DNA of 11,120 nt, from the NCBI GenBank assembly GCA_948989975.1, contig CARHSH010000001.1, positions 274,906 through 286,025 on the forward strand, given 5' to 3'. Shown here in pieces: positions 6,838 to 11,120 of the stretch. The position numbers and the translations under genes were made by a program. The stretch is from an uncultured Lachnospiraceae bacterium (GTDB lineage: Bacteria; Bacillota; Clostridia; Lachnospirales; Lachnospiraceae). Each line of letters starts with the position of its first letter. The first letter of the stretch is position 1. The notes beneath the pieces are model-generated. The model was given only the letters and a program-made list of their open reading frames with translations, had not been told where the DNA came from and made no database searches.

Positions 6838-7987
6838 ATGTATGTTATTGACAATGTTTCTTATTGTTGCGGCGCCTTTAGACGCCGCAGCGGCAAGCGA
6901 CAGCCAAATGCTTACAGTAGATAAAAATGACGTTATCCTGACCGTAAACCTTCCAGAAGGAAAAACAGATAAGATTACGTCACTCCGTATAAAACTCCAT
7001 GTTTCGGTTCTTTCAGGAACGATGGAACAGCCATCATTTCAGTTTGAGGAATCATTGAACAGCCGGATTAAAGATTCTCAGATCCGGCAGTTAGAGGACG
7101 GAAGCTACCTTGTGGATTTAATTCTTTCAGGAAAGGAAGATCAGGATATTTTTTCTGGAAATGAATCTGTGAAAACAGGAAAATTATCCCTACACCCTTC
7201 CAGTCAGGAATATCAGGCAAAAGTGGAGTTTGCATCCGGAACCGAAGGCAGTAATGAGCCGGTAATTAGATATGTAGATGCAAGCGGTTTGAATGAAATG
7301 TCACTTCTTTTGGACAGCCCGCAAAGCGTTTTCGTAAAAAATGAGACGGCAGAGCCGCCAGCGGAACAGCCGCCTGCCGGTGATCCGTCGGATCAGACGC
7401 CTGTGGAGGAGGCTTTTGGCAAAAAGCCGAAACTGAAAGCGTCACCTGTGAAAGGTTCAAACAGCATTGTGTTTGAATGGAAGAAAGTCGCGGATGCAGA
7501 TGGCTATGAAATTTACCAATACAATGCAAAATCAAAAACTTATAAGAGACTGAAAAAAATCAACAATCCTTCCGTTACGGCATATTCCAAAAAATTCAAG
7601 TATGCTGCGTCTTATACGTTTAAGTTTCGGGCGTATAAGAATAAAGAGGACGGCTCTAAGTCATATGGGAAATACAGCTCGGCTGTAAAGGTCACAACGT
7701 CGCCAAAAAAGGTAACGAAAGTTACTTTAAAAAATACAGAGGCGAAGAAGTCGACCATTTCATGGAAAAAAGTATCGAATGCAAAAGGATACCAGATTTA
7801 CCGGAGTAAGAAAAAAGGCGGAACCTATAAACTGCTTAAAACAATCAAAAAGGGAAAAACGACAAAGTGGGCAGTAAACAAGCCGAAAAAAGGCGGGGTA
7901 TACTATTACAAAGTCAGGGCTTATGTAAAGAATGCGAAGGGAAAACGCATTGACGGTAAGTTCAGTTCCGTAATATCTTTAAAATAG
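6821..7987 (+). CDS. Secreted partner protein (388 aa): signal peptide, ~170-aa beta-rich N-terminal domain of unknown fold (cohesin-like candidate), acidic/Pro linker, two lysine-rich FN3-like C-terminal repeats; translationally coupled to the protease gene
   Basis: Strong RBS AGGAGGT (6810-6816) 4 nt before ATG 6821. The ATG lies 17 nt inside the upstream gene (its stop is 6835-6837). The track's ORF start at 6752 is only open frame upstream of the real start. MKNWIKCMLLTMFLIVAAPLDAAAAS is a signal peptide. Repeats ...FEWKKVADADGYEIYQYNAKSKTYKRLKKI...YTFKFRAY and ...ISWKKVSNAKGYQIYRSKKKGGTYKLLKTI...YYYKVRAY are present. TAG stop at 7985-7987. Confidence 0.85.
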   Translation: MKNWIKCMLLTMFLIVAAPLDAAAASDSQMLTVDKNDVILTVNLPEGKTDKITSLRIKLHVSVLSGTMEQPSFQFEESLNSRIKDSQIRQLEDGSYLVDLILSGKEDQDIFSGNESVKTGKLSLHPSSQEYQAKVEFASGTEGSNEPVIRYVDASGLNEMSLLLDSPQSVFVKNETAEPPAEQPPAGDPSDQTPVEEAFGKKPKLKASPVKGSNSIVFEWKKVADADGYEIYQYNAKSKTYKRLKKINNPSVTAYSKKFKYAASYTFKFRAYKNKEDGSKSYGKYSSAVKVTTSPKKVTKVTLKNTEAKKSTISWKKVSNAKGYQIYRSKKKGGTYKLLKTIKKGKTTKWAVNKPKKGGVYYYKVRAYVKNAKGKRIDGKFSSVISLK

Positions 7988-8005
7988 TTTTTCGCATAAT
8001 AAGGA

Positions 8006-8037
8006 GGCAGTGTTTCGTAAGGGACGCTGCCTTTTTT
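8006..8037 (+). terminator. Rho-independent terminator after the protease/partner operon
   Basis: GGCAGTG (8006-8012) ... CGCTGCC (8025-8031) stem with one G-U pair, then TTTTTT (8032-8037). Confidence 0.75.
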
Positions 8038-8094
8038 GTCTGCATTAATTTTTTCGTTAAATTGACGTATAGTAAAATTGGCAATAAAAAAATA

Positions 8095-8123
8095 TTGTAT
8101 AATTTACATAAAAGTATTATAAT
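8095..8123 (+). promoter_or_regulatory. Candidate sigma-A promoter for the MCP gene
   Basis: -35 TTGTAT (8095-8100), 17-nt spacer, -10 TATAAT (8118-8123). An alternative TTGACG (8062-8067) and TGTATAAT (8096-8103) overlap in the same AT-rich region. Leader of ~90 nt to ATG 8221. Confidence 0.4.
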
Positions 8124-8220
8124 GAGGTTATTGGTAAACTTAAGATAATAGAATGACTGCGTTCCATTAGCGAAAGGTATGCCATCAGATTGGATTCTAA
8201 AAAGTGAAAGGGGAAGAGGA

Positions 8221-9927
8221 ATGTTAAAATTCAACAATGAAAGAATCGAAAAAAGACTTACGAAATCATTTGTTATGGTTTCAGCGATTTCGGCAATCGC
8301 GGCAATCGTAGGACTGATTGCAATGTTGGTTCTTGCAAGCAGATATTCTTATGCGTTAAAGAATTATGGATTTGCGCAAGGAGATATCGGACAGGCGTTG
8401 TTTGCATTTGCAGATACAAGGTCTTCACTGCGCGCAGCGATTGGCTATGACGATGCGGATGCAATCCAAAACGTAGTAGAGCAGCATAAAGAAATGAAAG
8501 CAACGTTTGAAGAATACTTTGCTAAAGTAGAAGACACTATCGTATCGAAAGACGGCAGGGAGACTTATGATGAAATTGTTTCGGAATTGGATGCTTACTG
8601 GGAGATGGATACACAGATTTTAGAGCTTGGAGCGACGACAGACAGGGAACTTTGTAAACAGGCTCAGGACATTGCGTTAAATGAGTTGGCGGGAAAATAC
8701 AACAGTATTTATGAAAAATTAGAAGGGCTGTTAACTGTAAAGATAAATGAAGGAAACAGCCTTTCTACGACCCTTCGTATATTGTCTATTGTATTAGCGG
8801 CTTTTATAATTGTAGTGATTGTGTCGGCTATGCTGGTTTCAACAAAGATGGGCAAGGGAATTGCAAAGGGAATTGCAAAACCATTGGCTGATCTGGGCCA
8901 ACGCTTAAAAGCTCTCGGCGGTGGAGATTTTTCATCTCCGTTTCCGGAAGTTGAAGCGGACGATGAAGTTGCGGACATGGTTCAGGATGCAAGGGATATG
9001 TCAGATAAGTTGAATGCGATTATTGATGATCTAGGCCTTCTTTTGGGTGAAATGTCGACAGGGAATTATGCAGTCAGGACTGCAATACCGGAACAGTACA
9101 CCGGGGAGTTTGCAAAGATGCTTCAGGCTATGCGGGATTTAAGAAATCAAATGACGGCTACGCTCCGTTCCATCGGGGAAGCATCTAATCAGGTTTCCGC
9201 AGGCTCCGGAAATTTAGCAGAGTCGGCGCAGGGACTTGCAGAAGGAGCAGTAGAGCAGGCAGGCGCAGTTCAGGAGCTTCAGGCGACGATTATCAGCATT
9301 ACGGAAGCAATGCAAAGAAGCGCGGAAGATGCAGGGGATTCCTATACCCAGACACAAAAGTGCGCAGAAGAAGCGGATAACAGCCGGGAAGGCATGAACA
9401 CAGTTGTAGAAGCAATGAAGAAAATTGACGACACGTCCACGAAAATCGGAAATATTATTTCGGAAATTGAATCAATCGCTTCCCAGACCAATCTTCTGTC
9501 ATTGAATGCATCCATTGAAGCGGCAAGAGCAGGCGAGGCAGGCCGCGGCTTTGCAGTTGTGGCGGATCAGATCCGTCAGCTTGCAGAGCAGAGCGCAAAA
9601 GCGGCAGTGGATACAAGAGAGCTGATTGAAGGCTCCCTTCAGGAAATTGAGGGTGGAAACCGCGCGGTGGAAAGCGCATCTAGCTCGATTGGAATTGTTG
9701 TAGACGGGATCAAGCAGATTGCAGACGTTTCTAAGCAGTTAAGCATTATGATCGGAGATCAGAGTGAGACGATGCGCCAGGCTGAGCAGGGCGTTTCCCA
9801 GATTTCGGACGTTGTGCAGAATAACTCAGCGGCGGCTCAGGAGACGTCAGCGACCAGTGAGGAATTATCGGCTCAGGCGACGACGCTCGACGATTTAGTA
9901 GGCCAGTTCACTTTTTTAGATGAATAA
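8221..9927 (+). CDS. Methyl-accepting chemotaxis protein (TM1, ~150-aa extracellular helical sensor likely 4HB-type, TM2, HAMP, MCP signalling domain)
   Basis: The preferred start ATG 8221 ([13 protein letters not shown]...) is preceded by AAAGGGGAAGAGGA; the track's 8179 start has a poorer RBS. TM helices [22 protein letters not shown] and [24 protein letters not shown] region [18 protein letters not shown]. Highly conserved MCP core [35 protein letters not shown]. Stop TAA at 9925-9927. Confidence 0.9.
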   Translation: MLKFNNERIEKRLTKSFVMVSAISAIAAIVGLIAMLVLASRYSYALKNYGFAQGDIGQALFAFADTRSSLRAAIGYDDADAIQNVVEQHKEMKATFEEYFAKVEDTIVSKDGRETYDEIVSELDAYWEMDTQILELGATTDRELCKQAQDIALNELAGKYNSIYEKLEGLLTVKINEGNSLSTTLRILSIVLAAFIIVVIVSAMLVSTKMGKGIAKGIAKPLADLGQRLKALGGGDFSSPFPEVEADDEVADMVQDARDMSDKLNAIIDDLGLLLGEMSTGNYAVRTAIPEQYTGEFAKMLQAMRDLRNQMTATLRSIGEASNQVSAGSGNLAESAQGLAEGAVEQAGAVQELQATIISITEAMQRSAEDAGDSYTQTQKCAEEADNSREGMNTVVEAMKKIDDTSTKIGNIISEIESIASQTNLLSLNASIEAARAGEAGRGFAVVADQIRQLAEQSAKAAVDTRELIEGSLQEIEGGNRAVESASSSIGIVVDGIKQIADVSKQLSIMIGDQSETMRQAEQGVSQISDVVQNNSAAAQETSATSEELSAQATTLDDLVGQFTFLDE

Positions 9928-9982
9928 CCAATGAAACAAACAATGCGTACATAGAGTTCCTGTTTCAAGAAATGAGTGAAGG

Positions 9983-10025
9983 AAAAACGCTGTTCATACT
10001 TTTTTGGCTATGGACAGCGTTTTTT
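9983..10025 (+). terminator. Strong rho-independent terminator after the MCP gene (A-run/T-run flanked, potentially bidirectional)
   Basis: AAAAACGCTGTTCATA (9983-9998) pairs with TATGGACAGCGTTTTT (10009-10024), 16 bp with one G-U. Loop CTTTTTTGGC. T-run continues to 10025. Confidence 0.8.
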
Positions 10026-10066
10026 GACGAATCTTTTATAAATGAGAGGCTGTAAGGAGCTGGGAT

Positions 10067-10786
10067 ATGGATAAATTGAAAAATTGGTTTAGGAAGATAA
10101 AGTTAGATACAGATAAGAAAAATAGCAGTGCAGGTGATCAGATGAAAAAATTATTGCTGGCGGCAGTATTAGTTTTAATTTGCGTTTTTTCAATAAGAAG
10201 CTGCGCAGTAAAAGATTATGAGAATAAGGAATTGCAAAATAAGCTGGAAGAAATGGAACGTAAGCGGGTAGCGGTAGATTTGATTCAGGAAGAAGTAAAA
10301 AAGATTTCAGAATATAGCGCATATGAGATTAATTATACGACGATGTTGCATTTTTCTGACCAAAATGAAATCAAGGGATTTAAAATCCCGCTGACCGGAA
10401 ATAATTTCATTGCAACGATTGACGGGAAAATGAAAATTGGAATTAATGGGGAAAATGTTTCGTTTAAGGAAATAACGGATTCGGAAGGGAAAGTGACAAA
10501 GATAGAACTGACGGTTCCGCATTCGGAGATTCTGGATAACTATACAATACAGGATTCTTTAGAAGTCTATGATGAGAAAAATAATATTTTTAATCCGGTA
10601 AAAGTATCGGATTATACGAAATTGATCGTTGAGGCAGAGGAGAAAGAGAAGAAAAAAGCGTTGGAAAGCGATATTATAGAACAATCAGATGAAGCGGCGC
10701 ATTATTTGCTGACAACTTATTTTCAGGCGGTATATGGGCAAGAGACAGAAGTAAGGTATCAGTATCTTGAGGAGAAAGAGGAATAA
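10067..10786 (+). CDS. Hypothetical membrane-anchored protein (K-rich cytoplasmic tail, one TM helix, coiled-coil segment, beta-rich extracytoplasmic domain, acidic C-terminus); possibly DUF4230-like but not verifiable here
   Basis: RBS AAGGAG (10051-10056) 10 nt before ATG 10067. MDKLKNWFRKIKLDTDKKN then TM KKLLLAAVLVLICVFSI (an alternative internal start ATG 10142 has weaker RBS AGGTGA). ELQNKLEEMERKRVAVDLIQEEVKK is a coiled coil. Stop TAA at 10784-10786. Confidence 0.7.
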   Translation: MDKLKNWFRKIKLDTDKKNSSAGDQMKKLLLAAVLVLICVFSIRSCAVKDYENKELQNKLEEMERKRVAVDLIQEEVKKISEYSAYEINYTTMLHFSDQNEIKGFKIPLTGNNFIATIDGKMKIGINGENVSFKEITDSEGKVTKIELTVPHSEILDNYTIQDSLEVYDEKNNIFNPVKVSDYTKLIVEAEEKEKKKALESDIIEQSDEAAHYLLTTYFQAVYGQETEVRYQYLEEKEE

Positions 10787-10792
10787 GAAAAA

Positions 10793-10832
10793 GGGGCTGT
10801 CGCACTAAATAATTAGTGCGCAGCTCCTTTTC
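10793..10832 (+). terminator. Rho-independent terminator for the hypothetical gene
   Basis: GGGGCTGTCGCACTAA (10793-10808), loop ATAA, TTAGTGCGCAGCTCC (10813-10827) with one bulge, then TTTTCT. Confidence 0.7.
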
Positions 10833-10837
10833 TGTAC

Positions 10838-10873
10838 AAAAAATTACAGCCGGACTTCGAAAAGTCCGGCTGT
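10838..10873 (-). terminator. Perfect 11-bp hairpin reading as an intrinsic terminator on the minus strand (convergent with the previous one)
   Basis: ACAGCCGGACT (10846-10856), loop TCGAAA, AGTCCGGCTGT (10863-10873). AAAAAA (10838-10843) lies upstream on the + strand, which is a U-run after the hairpin on the minus strand. No T-run follows on the + strand. Confidence 0.5.
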
Positions 10874-10890
10874 TGGTGTAAAATATAAGT

Positions 10891-11120
10891 ATGCGAAAAC
10901 CTATATATTTACATCAAGATTATACTTTGAACGAGGAAGGATATCAACTAAAACTTCCTTTAAATTTAGAAACCATCATTCCGGCAGATGATTCTGTGCG
11001 GTTACTGAGTCAGTTTGTGGAGGCTATGGATTTGACTGACTTATATTCTACTTACGAAAGGATAAATACAGTTCCGCCAAGAACTCTCCTGAAGATTGTT
11101 TTGTATTCTTACATGAATGG
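10891..11120 (+). mobile_element. 5' part of an IS5/IS1182-type DDE transposase gene (N-terminal DUF772-like domain); runs off the window end and is absent from the ORF track
   Basis: Frame from ATG 10891 is open to the window end. Translation MRKPIYLHQDYTLNEEGYQLKLPLNLETIIPADDSVRLLSQFVEAMDLTDLYSTYERINTVPPRTLLKIVLYSYMNG has the hallmark L-x-L-x-L-E-x-x-IP-x-D-x-VR...FV-x-x-(M/L)DL...PP-x-x-(L/M)LK-I-x-(L/V)Y-x-Y-x-NG N-terminus of this transposase family. An in-frame TAA lies 4 codons upstream, so ATG 10891 is the first start. IS ends are not identifiable in the window. Confidence 0.7.

Noticed and set aside
8179-8220. Upstream ATG 8179 as MCP start
   Set aside because: ATG 8221 has a much better Shine-Dalgarno (AAAGGGGAAGAGGA) and yields a typical MCP N-terminus. 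8179 would add 14 aa before it with a weak RBS.
7962-8237. Minus-strand ORF 7962-8237 in the partner-MCP intergenic region
   Set aside because: Spans the terminator and AT-rich promoter region. Translation is low complexity (I/L/K-rich) as expected from AT-rich non-coding DNA.
8273-9679. Minus-strand ORFs 8273-8503, 8709-8978, 9455-9679 inside the MCP gene
   Set aside because: Antisense to a highly conserved MCP CDS. Spurious.
10024-10043. TTGACG ... TATAAAT as promoter for the 10067 gene
   Set aside because: Spacer is only ~7 nt, and the TTGACG is part of the terminator T-run/flank. No properly spaced -35/-10 pair was found, so no promoter is called.
10089-10522. Minus-strand ORFs 10089-10322 and 10307-10522
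   Set aside because: Antisense within the hypothetical membrane protein gene. AT-rich low-complexity translations.
1-11120. CRISPR arrays, rRNA, toxin-antitoxin or restriction/defence cassettes
   Set aside because: No regularly spaced direct repeats were seen. The only short tandem repeats are intragenic (36-bp and 12-bp units), and there are no small paired ORFs typical of TA modules.

Overview
The window looks like an accessory region from a Gram-positive anaerobe. Dockerin, low-GC codon usage and sigma-A style signals suggest Clostridia (Lachnospiraceae- or Ruminococcus-like), but the taxon cannot be proven from sequence alone. All genes are on the + strand. In order: (1) The 3' end of a GH13 alpha-amylase-family hydrolase (neopullulanase/cyclomaltodextrinase-like), running in from the left edge to 1114. 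(2) A stand-alone tRNA-Tyr(GTA)-tRNA-Leu(TAA) mini-operon with a textbook TTGAAA-17-TGnTATAAT promoter, an upstream A-tract and an intrinsic terminator. (3) A 1743-aa secreted multi-modular protein (1606..6837). It has a signal peptide, a 36-bp tandem repeat linker and a type-I dockerin near the N-terminus. These are followed by two FN3 modules, an F5/8-type-C (CBM32-like) module, an HEXXH gluzincin catalytic region best explained as an M60-like/enhancin-type (mucin-targeting) metallopeptidase, and a second F5/8-type-C module. (4) A translationally coupled downstream gene (6821..7987, 17-nt overlap, AGGAGG RBS). It encodes a secreted protein with an unassigned ~170-aa beta-rich N-domain and two lysine-rich FN3-like C-terminal repeats. 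It is a candidate cohesin-like partner or surface anchor for the dockerin enzyme. (5) A methyl-accepting chemotaxis protein (4HB-type sensor, HAMP, MCP signalling domain). (6) A small membrane-anchored hypothetical protein. (7) Convergent hairpin terminators, then the N-terminus of an IS5/IS1182-type DDE transposase that runs off the right edge and is absent from the ORF track. No CRISPR array, rRNA, or obvious toxin-antitoxin or defence cassette is visible. The most interesting unit is the dockerin-M60-like protease plus its coupled partner gene, sitting between a tRNA pair and an IS element.
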